Source: the human T2T-CHM13v2.0 reference genome, Homo sapiens. Taken from it: a stretch of 64,000 nt of DNA. Location: assembly GCF_009914755.1 (NCBI RefSeq), contig NC_060933.1; one strand, written 5' to 3'. Positions 26,501-40,774 of the stretch are shown here, piece after piece. The position numbers and the translations under genes were made by a program. Each line of letters opens with the position of its first letter. Position 1 is the stretch's first letter. The notes under the pieces were generated by a model. It searched no databases and had not been told where the DNA came from. It saw only the letters and a list, made by a program, of their open reading frames with translations.

Positions 26501-29500
26501 CCGTAATGGAATGGAAAGGAATGGAATGGAATGGAATGGAATGGAATGGAATGGAATGGAATCAACTCGGTTCCAATCGAATGGAATGGAATGGAAATAA
26601 CCCAAATAGAATGGAATGGAATGGAATGGAACGGAACGGAACGGAACGGAACGGAATGGAATGGAATGGAATGGAATGGAATGGAATGGAATGGAATGGA
26701 ACGGAAAGGAATGGAATGGAAAGGAATGGAATGTAATGGAATGGAATGGAATGCAATGGAATGGAATGGAATGGAATGGAATGAAATGCAATGGATTCAA
26801 CTCGATTGAAATGGAATGGAATAGAATGGAATGGAATGGAATGGAATGGAATGGAATTAACCCGAATAGAATGGAATGGAATGGAATGGAATGGAACGGA
26901 ATGGAACGGAATGGAATGGAATGGAATGGAATGGAATGGAATGGTATGGAATGGAATGGAATGGTACGGAATAGAATGGAATGGAAGGAATTGTAATGGA
27001 ATGGAATGGAATGGAATGGAATGGAATGGAACGGAACGGAATGGAATGGAATGGAATGGATTGGAACTGAAAAGAATAAAAGCGAGTGCAGGGGAATGGA
27101 ATGGAATGGAATGCAATGGAATGGAATCTTCCGGAATGGAATGGAATGGAATGGAATGGAATGGAATGGAATGCAATGGATTCAACTCGATTGCAATGGA
27201 ATGGAATAGAATGGAATGGAATGGAATGGAATGGAATGGAATGGAATGGAATTAACCCGAATAGAATGGAATGGAATGGAATGGAAAGGAACGGAACGGA
27301 ACGGAACGGAACGGAATGGAATGGTACGGAATAGAATGGAATGGAAAGAATTGGAATGGAATGGAAACGAATGGAATGGAATGGAATGGAATGGAATCAA
27401 CACGAGTGTAGGGGAATGTAATGGAACGGAATGCAATGGAATGGAATCATCCGGAATGGAATGGAATGGATTGGAATGGATGGAATGGAATGGAATGGAA
27501 TGGAATGGAATCAACCCGAGTGCAATGGAATGGAGTGGAATGGAATGGAATGGAATGGAACAACCCGAATGGAATGGAATGTAATGGAGAGTAAGGGAGT
27601 TGAATAGAAACAATCCGAATGTAATGGAATGGAACGGAATGGAATGGAATGGAATGGAATGGAATGCAATGGAATGGAATGCAAAGGAATGGAATCAACC
27701 CGAGTTCAATCGAATGGAATCGAATGGAATGGAATGCAATGGAATGGATTCAACTTGAATGGAATGGAAAGAATGGAATCAACACGAGTGGAATGGCATG
27801 GATTGGAATGGAATGGAATGGAATCAACCCAAGTACAGGGGAATGGAATGGAATGGAATGCAATGGAATGGAATAATCCGTAATGGAATGGAATGGAATG
27901 GAATGGAATGGAATGGAATGGAATGGAATCAACTCGATTGCAATCGAATGGAATGGAATGGAATTAACCCGAATAGAATGGAATGGAATGGAATGGAACG
28001 GAACGGAATGGAATGGAATGGAATGGAATGGAACGGAACGGAAAGTAATGGAATGGAATGGAATGGAATGGAATGGAATGGAATGGAATCAACACGAGTG
28101 CACGGGAATGGAATGGAGTGGAATGGAATGGAATGGAATGGAATGGAATGGAATGGAATCAACCCGTGTCCAGGGGAATGTAATGGAACGGAATGCAAGG
28201 GAATGGAATCATCCGGAATGGAATGGAATGGAATGGAATGGAATGAACCCGAGTGCAATGGAATGGAGTGGAATGGAATGGAATGGAATGGAACAACCCA
28301 CATGGAATGGAAAGTAATGGAGAGTAAGGGAGTTGAAAAGAATCAATCCGAAGGGAATGGAATGGAATGGAACGGAATGGAATGGAATGGAATGGAATGG
28401 AATGGAATGGAATGGAATCAACCCGAGTACAATGGAATGGAAGGGAATGGAATGGAATGGAATGGAATGGAATGGAATCAACCCGAGTGTAATGGAATGG
28501 AGAAGAATGGAATGGAATGGAATGGAAACTACCCGAATGGAATGGAATGGAATGGAGTGTAAGGGAATTGAATAAAATCAATCCGAATGTAATGGAATGC
28601 AATGGAAAGGAGTGGAATGGAATGGAATGGAATGGAATGGAATGCAATGGAATGGAATCAACCCGAGTGCAATGGAATGGAATCGAATGGAATGGAATGC
28701 AATGGAATGGATTCAATTTGAATGGAATGGAAAGAATGGAATCAACACGAGTGGAATGGAATGCATTGGAATGGAATGGAATGGAAGCAACCCGAGTACA
28801 GGGGAATGGAATGGAATGGAATGCAATGGAATGGAATCATCCGTAATGGAATGGAAAGGAATGGAATGGAATGGAATGGAATCAACTCGATTGCAATCGA
28901 ATGGAATGGAATGGAATTAACCCAAATAGAATGGAATGGAATGGAATGGAACGGAACGGAACGGAATGGAATGGAATGGAATGGAATGGAATGGAATGGA
29001 ATGGAACGGAAAGTAATGGAATGGAATGGAATGGAATGGAATGGAATGGAATGGAATCAACGCGAGTGCAGGGGAATGGAATGGAATCGAATGGAATGGA
29101 ATGGAATGGAATGGAATGGAATCAACCCGAGTGCAGGGGAATGTAATGGAACGGAATGCAATGGAATGGAATCATCCGGAATGGAATGGAATGGAATGGA
29201 ATGGAATCAACCCGAGTGCAATGGAATGGAGTGGAATGGAATGGAATGAAATGGAACAACCCGAATGGACTGGAATGTAATGGAAAGTAAGGGAGTTGAA
29301 AAGAATCAATCCGAAAGTTATGGAATGCAATGGAACGGAATGGAATGGAATGGAATGGAATGGAATGGAATGGAATGGAATGGAATCAACCCGAGTGCAA
29401 TGGAATGGAGAGGAATGGAATGGAATGGAATGGAAACTACCCTAATGGAATGGAATGTGATGGAGTGTAAGGGAATTGAATAGAATCAATCCGAATGTAA

Positions 29501-32500
29501 TGGAATGGAATGGAACGGAATGGAATGGAATGGAATGGAATGGAATGGAATGGAATGGAATGCAATGGAATGGAATAAACCCGAGTCAATGGAATGGAAT
29601 CGAATGGAATGGAATGCAATGGAATGGATTCAACTTGAATGGAATGGAAAGAATGGAATCAACACGAGTGGAAGGGCATGGAATGGAATGGAATGGAATG
29701 GAAGCAACCCGAGTACAGGGGAATGGAAAGGAATGGAATGCAATGGAATGGAATCATTCGTAATGTAATGGAACAGAATGGAATGGAATGGAATGGAATG
29801 GAATGGAATGGAATGGAATGGAATGGAATGGAATGGAATCAACTCGATTGCATTCGAATGGAATGGAATGGAATTAACCCGAATAGAATGGAATGGAATG
29901 GAATGGAACGGAATGGAACGAAACGGAATGGAATGGAATGGAATGGAACGGAACAGAATGGAATGGAATGGAATGGAATGGAACTGAAAAGAATAAATGC
30001 GAGTGCAGGGGAATGGAATGGAATGGAATGAAATGGAATGGAATCTTCCGGAATGGAATGGAATGGAATGGAATGGAATGCAATGGATTCAACTCGATTG
30101 CAATGGAATGGAATAGAATGGAATGGAATGGAATGGAATGGAATTAACCAGAATAGAATGGAATGGAATGGAATGGAACGGAACGGAACGGAACGGAACG
30201 GAATGGAACGGAATGGAATGGAATGGAATGGAATGGAATCAACTCGATTGCATTCTAATGGAATGGAATGGAATTAACCAGAATAGAATGGAATGGAATG
30301 GAATGGAACGGAACGGAACGGAACGGAACGGAATGGAACGGAATGGAACGGAACGGAATGGAATGGAATGGAATGGAATGGAATGGAATGGAATTGTATG
30401 GAATGGAATGGAATGCTACGGAATAGAATGGAATGGAAAGAATTGGAATGGAATGGAAACGAATGGAATGGAATGGAATGGAATGGAATGGAATCAACCC
30501 GAGTGTAGGGGAATGTAATGGAACGGAATGCAATGGAATGGAATCATCCGGAATGGAATGGAATGGATTGGAATGGATGGAATGGAATGGAATGGAATGG
30601 AATCAACCCGAGTACAGGGGAATGGAATGGAATGGAATGCAATGGAATGGAGTCATCCGTAATGGAATGGAAAGGAATGGAATGGAATGCAATGGAATGG
30701 AATGGAATGGAATGGAATGGAATGAACTCGATTGCAATCGAATGGAATGGAATGGAATTAACCTGAATAGAATGGAATGGAATGGAATGGAATGGAACGG
30801 AACGGAACGGAAAGGAATGGAATGGAACGGAAAGGAACGGAATGGAATGGAATGGAATGGAATGGAATGGAATGGAATGGAATGGAATGGAATCAACGCG
30901 AGTGCAGGGGAATGGAATGTAATGGAATGCAATGGAATGGAATCTTCTGGAATGGAATGGAATGGAATGGAATCAACCCGAGTGCAATGGAATGGAGTGG
31001 AATGGAATGGAATGGAATGGAATGGAACAAACCGAATGGAATGGAATGGAATGGAGAGTAAGGGAGTTGAATAGAAACAATCTGAATGTAATGGAATGGA
31101 ACGGAATGGAATGGAATGGAATGGAATGGAATGGAATGGAATGGAATGCAATGGAATGGAATCATCCCGAGTGCAATCGAATGGAATCGAATGGAATGGA
31201 ATGCAATGGAATGGATTCAACTTGAATGGAATGGAAAGAATGGAATCAACACGAGTGGAATGGCATGGATTGGAATGGAATGGAATGGAATCAACCCGAG
31301 TACAGGGGAATGGAATGGAATGGAATGCAATGGAATGGAATAATCCGTAATGGAATGGAAAGGAATGGAATGGAATGGAATGGAATGGAATGGAATGGAA
31401 TCAACTCGATTGCAATCCAATGGAATGGAATGGAATTAACCCGAATAGAATGGATGGAATGGAATGGAACGGAACGGAACGGAATGGAATGGAATGGAAT
31501 GGAATGGAATGGAATGCAATGGAATGGAATCAACCCGAGGACAATGGAACGGAATGGAATACAATGGAATGTAATGGAATGGAATGGAATGGAATGGAAT
31601 GGAATGATGCGGAATAGAATGGAATGGAACGAAATGGAATGGAATGGAATGGAATGGAATGGAATGGAATGGAATCGTTCCGAGTGGAATAGGAGGGAAT
31701 GTATTCGAGTGGAATGGAAAGGAATGGTATCAACCAGAGTGGAATGGAAGGGAAGGGAATGGAATGGAAACTAATAGAATGGAATCAACCCGAGTGGAAT
31801 GGAATGGAAAGGACTGGAATGGAATGGAATGGAATGGTATCAACCCGATTGTAATGGAATGGAATGGAATGCAATGGAATGGAATGGAATGGAATTAACC
31901 CGAATACAATGGAATGGAATGGAATTGAACGGAATGGAGTACAATGGAATGGAATCAACCCGAGTGCAGGGGAATGGAATGGAATGGAATGCAATGGAAT
32001 GGAATCATCCAGAATGGAATGGAATGGAATGGAATGCAAAGCAATGGAATCAACTCGATTGCAATGGAATGGAATGGAATGGAAAGGAATACATTGGAAT
32101 CAACCCGAGTGGAATGGAATGGAAAGGACTGGAATGGAGTGGAATGGAATGGAATGGAATGGAATGGAATCAAATCGATTGGAATGGAATGGAATGGAAT
32201 GGAAAGCAATGGAATGGAATCAACCCGAGTACAATAGAACGGAATGGAATGGAATGGAATGGAATGGAATGGAATGGAATGGAATGGAATGGAATCAACC
32301 CGAGTGCAATGGAATGGAGAGGAATGGAATGGAATGGAATGGAAACTACCCGAATGGAATGGAATGTAATGGAGTGTAAGGGAATTGAATAGAATCAATC
32401 CGAATGGAATGGAATGGAATGGAATGGAATGGAATGGAATGGAATGGAATGGAATCAACACGAGTGCAGGGGAATGGAATGGAATGGAATGCAATGGAAT

Positions 32501-33537
32501 GGAATCATCCGGAATGGAATGGAATGGAATGCAATGGAATGGAATGGAATGGAATCAACCCGAGTGCAATGGAATGGAGTGAAATGGAATGGAATGGAAT
32601 GGAAACAACCAGAATGGATGGAATATAATGGAGTGTAAGGGAATTGAATAGCATCAATCTGAATGTAATGAAATGGAATGGAACGGAATGGAATGGAATG
32701 GAATGGAATGGAATGGAATGGAATGGAATGCAATGGAATGGAATCAACCCGAGTGCAATCGAATGGAATCGAATGCAATGGAATGCAATGGAAAGGATTC
32801 AACTTGAATGGAATGGAAAGAATGGAATCACCATGAGTGGAATAGCATGGATTGGAATGGAATGGAATGGAATCAACCAGAGTACAGGGGAATGGAATGG
32901 AATGGAATGCCATGGAATGGTATCATCAGTAATGGAATGGAAAGGAATGGAAAGGAATGGAATGGAATGGAATGGAATGGAATGGAAAGGAATCAACTCG
33001 ATTGCAATCGAATGGAATGGAATGGAATTAACCCGAATAGAATGGAGTAGAATGGAATGGAACGGAACGGAATGGAAGGGAATGGAATGGAATGGAACGG
33101 AAAGGAATGGAATGGAATGGAATGGAATGGAATGGAAGGGAATGCAATGGAATGGAACAACCCGAATGGAAAGGAATGTAATGGAGAGTAAGGAAGTTGA
33201 ATAGAATCAATCCGAATGTAATGGAATGGAATGCAACGGAATGGAATGGAATGGAATGGAATGGAATGGAATGGAATGGAATGCAAAGGAATTGAATCAA
33301 CCCGAGTACAATGGAATGGAATGGAATGGAATGGAATGGAATGGAATGGAACGGAATGGAATGATACGGAATAGAATGGAATGGAACGAAATGGAATGGA
33401 ATGGAATGGAATGGAGTGGAATGGAATCGTTCCGAGTGGAATAGGAGGGAAAGTATTCGAGTGGAATGGAAAGGAATGGAATCAACCAGAGTGGAATGGA
33501 AGGGAATGGAATGGAATGGAATGGAATGGAATGGAAT

Positions 33538-34870
33538 CAACCCGAGTGCAATCGAATGGAATCAAATAGAATGGAATGCAATGGAATGGATTCAACTTGA
33601 ATGGAAAGGAAAGAATGGAATCAACACGAGTGGAATGGCATGGATTGGAATCGAATGGAATGGAATCAACCCGAGTACAGGGGAATGGAATGGAATGGAA
33701 TGCAATGGAATGGAATCATCAGTAATGGAATGGAAAGGAATGGAAAGGACTGGAATGGAATGGAATGGAATGGAATGGAATGGAATGGAATGGAATCAAC
33801 TCGATTGCAATCGAATGGAATGGAATGGAATTAACCCGAATAGAATGGAATGGAATGGAATGGAACGTAACGGAATGGAATGGAATGGAATGGAATGGAA
33901 CGGAAAGGAATGGAATGGAATGGAATGGAACGGAATGGAATGGAGTGGAATCAACGCGAGTGCAGGGGAATGGAATGGAATCGAATGGAATGGAAAGGAA
34001 TGGAATGGAATCAACCCGAGTGCAGGGGAACGTAATGGAACGGAATGCAATGGAATGGAATCATCCGGAATGGAATGGAACGGAATGGAATGGAATCAAC
34101 CCGAGTGCAATGGAATGGAGTGGAATGGAAAGGAATGGAATGGAAGAACCCGAATGGAATGGAATGTAATGGAGAGTAAGGGAGTTGAAAAGAATCAATC
34201 CGAATGTAATGGAATGGAATGGAACAGAATGGAATGGAATGGAATGGAATGGAATGCAATGGAATGGAATCAACCCGAGTACAATGGAATGGAAAGGAAT
34301 GGAATGGAATGGAATGGAATGGAATGGAATGCAATGGAATGGAATCTTCCGGAATTGAATGAAATGGAATGGAATGGAATAGAATGGAATGCAATGGATT
34401 CAACTCGATTGCAATGGAATGGAATAGAATGGAATGGAATGGAATGGAATGGAATGGAATTAAACCGAATAGAATGGAATGGAATGGAATGGAACGGAAC
34501 AGAACGGAACGGAACGGAACGGAGTGGAACGGAATGGAATGAAATTGTATGGAATGGAATGGAATGGTACGGAATAGAATGGAATGGAAAGAATTGGAAT
34601 GGAATGGAATCGAATGGAATGGAATGGAATGGAATGGAATCAACCCGAGTGCAGGGGAATGTAATGGAACGGAATGCAATGGAATGGAATCATCCGTAAT
34701 GGAATGGAATGGAATGGAATGGAATGGAATGGAATGGAACGGAATCAACCCGAGCGCAATGGAATGGAGTGGAATGGAATGGAATGGAATGGAACAACCC
34801 AAATGGAATGGAATGTAATGGAGAGTAAGGGAGTTGAACAGAATCAATCCGAATGTAATGGAATGGAACG
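33538..34870 (+). repeat. ~1.3-kb segment duplicated ~10 kb downstream (~43535-44830, and again ~51727-53020)
   Basis: Shared rare words: GAAAGGAAAGAATGG (33604/43601), CATCAGTAATGGAATGGAAAGGAATGGAAAGGACTGG (33717/43714), ACAGAACGG (34499/44481) and CCCGAGCGCAAT (34749/44716). Confidence 0.75.
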
Positions 34871-37800
34871 GAATGGAATGGAATGGAATGGAATGGAATG
34901 GAATGGAATGCAATGGAATGGAATCAACCCGAGTACAATGGAACGGAATGGAATGGAATGGAATGTAATGGAATGGAATGGAATGGAATGGAATGGAATG
35001 GAACGGAATGGAATGGAATGGAATCAACCCGAGTGCAATGGAATGGAGAGGAATGGAATGGAATGGAATGGAAACTACCCGAATGGAATGGAATGTAATG
35101 GAGTGTAAGGGAATTGTATAGAATCAATCCGAATGGAATGGAATGGAATGGAACGGAATGTAATGGAATGGAATGGAATGGAATCAACCCGAGTGCAGGG
35201 GAATGGAATGGAATGGAATGCAATGGAATGGAATCATCCGGAATGGAATGGAATGGAATGCAATGGAATGGAATGGAATGGAATGGAATGCAATGGAATG
35301 GAATCAACCCGAGTGCAATGGAATGGAGTGAAATGGAATGGAATGGAATGGAGACAACCAGAATGGATTGGAATATAATGGAGTGTAAGGGAATTGAATA
35401 GAATCAATCTGAATGTAATGAAATGGAATGGAACGGAATGGAATGGAATGGAATGGAATGGAATGGAATGGAATGCAATGGAATGGAATCAACCCGAGTG
35501 CAATAGAATGGAATCGAATGGAATGGAATGTAATGGAATGGATTCAACTTGAATGGAATGGAAAGAATGGAATCAACACGAGTGGAATGGCATGGATTGG
35601 AATGGAATGGAATGGAATCAACCCGAGTATAGGGGAATGGAATGGAATGCAATGCAATGGAATGGAATCATCCGTAATGGAATGGAATGGAATGGAATGG
35701 AATGGAATGGAATGCAATGGAATGGAATCAACCCGAGTGCAATGGAATGGAGAGGAATGGAATGGAATGGAATGGAAACTACCCGAATGGAATGGAATGT
35801 AATGGAGTGTAAAGGAATTGAATAGAATCAATCCGAATGTAATGGAATGGAATGGAACGGAATGGAATGGAATGCAATGGAATGGAATGGAATGGATTGC
35901 AATGGAATGGAATCAACCCGAGTGCAATCGAATGGAATCGAATGCAATGGAATGCAATGGAATGGATTCAACTTGAATGGAAAGGAAACAATGGAATCAA
36001 CACGAGTGGAATGGCATGGATTGGAATACGAATGGAATGGAATCAACCCGAGTACAGGGGAATGGAATGGAATGGAATGCAATGGAATGGAATCATCCGT
36101 AATAGAATGGAAAGGAATGGAATGGAATGGAATGGAATGGAATGTTAGGGAATGGAATCAACTCGATTGCAATCGAATGGAATGGAATGGAATTAACCCG
36201 AATAGAATGGAATGGAATGGAATGGAACGGAACGGAATGGAATGGAATGGAATGGAATGGAATGGAATGGAATGGAACGGAACGGAATGGAATGGAATGG
36301 AATGGAATGGAATGGAATCAACGCGAGTGCAGGGGAATGGAATGGAATGGAATGCAATGGAATGGAATCTTCCGGAATGGAATGGAATGGAATGGAATGG
36401 AATGAAATGCAATGGATTCAACACGATTGCAATGGAATGGAATAGAATGGAATGGAATGGAATGGAATGGAATTAATCCGAATAGAATGGAATGGAATGG
36501 AATGGAACGGAATGGAACGGAATGGAATGGAATGGAATGGAATGGAATAGAACGGAATGGAACGGAATGGAATGGAATGGAATGGAATGGAATGGTATGG
36601 AATGGAATGGAATGGTACGGAATAGAATGGAATGGAACGAATTGTAATGGAATGGAATTGAATGGAATGGAATGGAATGGAATGGAATCAACGCGAGTGC
36701 AGGGGAATGTAATGGAATGGAATGCAATGGAATGGAATCATCCGGAATGGAATGGAATGGAATGGAATCAACCCGAGTGCAATGGAATGGAGTGGAATGG
36801 AATGGAATGGAATGGAACAACCCGAATGGAATGGAATGTAATGGAGAGTAAGGGAGTTGAATAGAATCAATCCGAATGTAATGGAATGGAATGCAACGGA
36901 ATGGAATGGAATGGAATGGAATGGAATGCAACGGAATTGAATCAACCCGAGTACAATGGAATGGAATGGAATGGAATGGAATGGAATGGAATGGAATGGA
37001 ATGGAATGGAATGATACGGAATAGAATGGAATGGAACGAAATGGAATGGAATGGAATGGAATGGAATGGAATGGAATGGAATGGAATGGAATGGAATGGA
37101 ATCGTTCCGAGTGGAATAGGAGGGAATGTATTCGAGTGGAATGGAAAGGAATGGTATCAACCAGAGTGTAATGGAAGGGAATGGAATGGAATGGAAACTA
37201 ATAGAATGGAATCAACCCGAGTGGAATGGAATGGAAAGGAATGGAATGGAATGGAATGGAATGGAATCAACTCGATTGTAATGGAATGGAATGGAATGGA
37301 ATGCAATGGAATGGAATTAACCCGAATACAATGGAATGGAATGGAATGGAACGGAATGGAGTGGAATGGAATGGAATCAACCCGAGTGCAGGAGAATGGA
37401 AAGGAATGGAATGCAATGGAATGGAATCATCCGGAATGGAATGGAATGGAATGGAATGCAAAGCAATGGAATCAACTCGATTGCAATGGAATGGAATGGA
37501 ATGGAAAGGAATACATTGGAATCAACCCGAGTGGAATGGAATGGAAAGGACTGGAATGGAGTGGAATGGAATCGAATGGAATGGAATGGAATCAACTCGA
37601 TTGGAATGGAATGGAATGGAATGGAATTAACCCGAATAGAATGGAATGGAATGGAATGGAACGGAACGGAATGGAATGGAATGGAATGGAATGGAATGGA
37701 ATCAACCCGAGTGCAATGGAATGGAGTGGAATGGAATGGAATGGAAAGGAACAACCCGAATGGAATGGAATGGAATGGAGAGTAAGGGAGTTGAATAGAA

Positions 37801-40774
37801 TCAATCCGAATGTAATGGAATGGAACGGAATGGAATGGAATGGAATGGAATGGAATGGAATGGAATGCAATGGAATGGAATCAACCCGAGTACAATGGAA
37901 CGGAATGGAATGGAATGGAATGTAATGTAATGGAATGGAATGGAATGGAATGGAATGGAATGGAATCAACCCGAGTGCAATGGAATGGAGAGGAATGGAA
38001 TGGAATGGAATGGAAACTACCCGAATGGAATGGAATGTAATGGAGTGTAAGGGAATTGAATAGAATCAATCCGAATGGAATGGAATGGAATGGAACGGAA
38101 TGTAATGGAATGGAATGGAATGGAATCAACCCGAGTGCAGGGGAATGGAATGGAATGGAATGCAATGGAATGGAATCATCCGGAATGGAAAGGAATGGAA
38201 TGCAATGGAATGGAATGGAATGGAATCAACCCGAGTGCAATGGAATGGAGTGAAATGGAATGGAATGGAATGGAGACAACCAGAATGGATTGGAATATAA
38301 TGGAGTGTAAGTGAATTGAATACAATCAATCTGAATGTAATGAAATGGAATGGAACGGAATGGAATGGAATGGAATGGAATGGAATGGAATGGAATGCAA
38401 TGGAATGGAATCAACCCGAGTGCAATGGAATGGAGTGAAATGGAATGGAATGGAATGGAGACAACAAGAATGGATTGGAATATAATGGAGTGTAAGGGAA
38501 TTGAATAGAATCAATCTGAATGTAATGAAATGGAATGGAACGGAATGGAATGGAATGGAATGGAATGGAATGCAATGGAATGGAATCAACCCGAGTGCAA
38601 TAGAATGGAATCGAATGGAATGGAATGTAATGGAATGGATTCAACTTGAATGGAATGGAAAGAATGGAATCAACACGAGTGGAATGGCATGGATTGGAAT
38701 GGAATGGAATGGAATCAACCCGAGTATAGGGGAATGGAATGGAATGGAATGCAATGGAATGGAATCATAAGTAATGGAATGGAATGGAATGGAATGGAAT
38801 GGAATGGAATGGAATGGAATGCAATGGAATGGAATCAACCCTAGTGCAATGGAATGGAGAGGAATGGAATGTAATGGAATGAAACCTACCCGAATGGAAT
38901 GGAATGTAATGGAGTGTAAAGGAATTGAATGGAATCAATCCGAATGTAATGGAATGGAATGGAACGGAATGGAATGGAATGCAATGGAATGGAATGGAAT
39001 GGATTGCAATGGAATGGAATCAACCCGAGTGCAATCGAATGGAATCGAATGGAATGGAATGCAATGGAATGGATTCAACTTGAATGGAATGGAAAGAATG
39101 GAATCAACACGAGTGGAATGGCATGGTTTGGAATAGGAATGGAATGGAATCAACCCGAGTACAGGGGAATGGAATGGAATGGAATGCAATGGAATGGAAT
39201 CATCCGTAATGGAATGGAAGGGAATGGAATGGAATGGAATGGAATGGAATGGAATGTTAGGGAATGGAATCAACTCGATTGCAATCGAATGGAATGGAAT
39301 GGAATTAACCCGAATAGAATGGAATGGAATGGAATGGAACGGAACGGAACGGAACGGAATGCAATGGAATGGAATGGAATGGAATGGAATGGAACGGAAC
39401 GGAACGGAATGGAATGGAATGGAATGGAATGGAATGGAATGGAATCAACGCGAGTGCAGGGGAATGGAATGGAATGGAATGCAATGGAATGGAATCTTCC
39501 GGAATGGAATGGAATGGAATGGAATGGAATGAAATGCAATGGATTCAACTCGATTGCAATGGAATGGAATAGAATGGAATGGAATGGAATAGAATGGAAT
39601 TAATCCGAATAGAATGGAATGGAATGGAATGGAACGGATTGGAACGGAATGGAATGGAATGGAATGGAATGGAATGGTATGGAATGGAATGGAATGGTAC
39701 AGAATAGAATGGAATGGAACGAATTGTAATGGAATGGAATTGAATGGAATGGAATGGAATGGAATGGAATCAACGCGAGTGCAGGGGAATGTAATGGAAC
39801 GGAATGCAATGGAATGGAATCATCCGGAATGGAATGGAATGGAATGGAATGGAATGGAATCAACCCGAGAGCAATGGAATGGAGTGGAATGGAATGGAAT
39901 GGAATGGAACAACCCGAATGGAATGGAATGTAATGGAGAGTAAGGGAGTTGAATAGAATCAATCCGAATGTAATGGAATGGAATGCAACGGAATGGAATG
40001 GAATGGAATGGAATGGAATGCAACGGAATTGAATCAACCCGAGTACAATGGAATGGAATGGAATGGAATGGAATGGAATGGAATGGAATGGAATGATACG
40101 GAATAGAATGGAGTGGAACGAAATGGAACGGAATGGAATGGAATGGAATGGAATGGAATGGAATGGAATGGAATGGAATCGTTCCGAGTGGAATAGGAGG
40201 GAATGTATTCGAGTGGAATGGAAAGGAATGGTATCAACCAGAGTGTAATGGAAGGGAATGGAATGGAATGGAATCTAATAGAATGGAATCAACCCGAGTG
40301 GAATGGAATGGAAAGGACTGGAATGGAATGGAATGGAATGGAATCAACTCGATTGTAATGGAATGGAATGGAATGGAATGCAATGGAATGGAATTAACCC
40401 GAATACAATGGAATGGAATGGAATGGAACGGAATGGAGTGGAATGGAATGGAATCAACCCGAGTGCAGGAGAATGGAATGGAATGCAATGAAAAGGAATG
40501 GAATCATCCGGAATGGAATGGAATGGAATGGAATGCAAAGCAATGGAATCAACTCGATTGCAATGGAATGGAATGGAATGGAAAGGAATACATTGGAATC
40601 AACCCGAGTGGAATGGAATGGAAAGGACTGGAATGGAGTGGAATGGAATGGAATGGAATGGAATGGAATCAACTCGATTGGAATGGAATGGAATGGAATG
40701 GAATGGAATTAATCCGAATAGAATGGAATGGAATGGAATGGAACGGAACGGAATGGAATGGAATGGCATGGAAT
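34746..40774 (+). repeat. Tandem pair of ~3-kb units (34746-37702, 2957 bp; 37703-40774, 3072 bp)
   Basis: Paired rare markers: GAGACAACCAG, CCCGAGTATAGGGG, GTGTAAAGG, GGATTGCAAT, ATGTTAGGG (36144/39256), GCAACGGAATTGAATC, GGTATCAACCAGAGTGT and GCAGGAGAAT. Confidence 0.85.

Noticed and set aside
36145-36150. TTAGGG hexamers (also 7215, 39257, 47484)
   Set aside because: These are isolated single hexamers made by point changes and copied by duplication, not an interstitial telomeric array.
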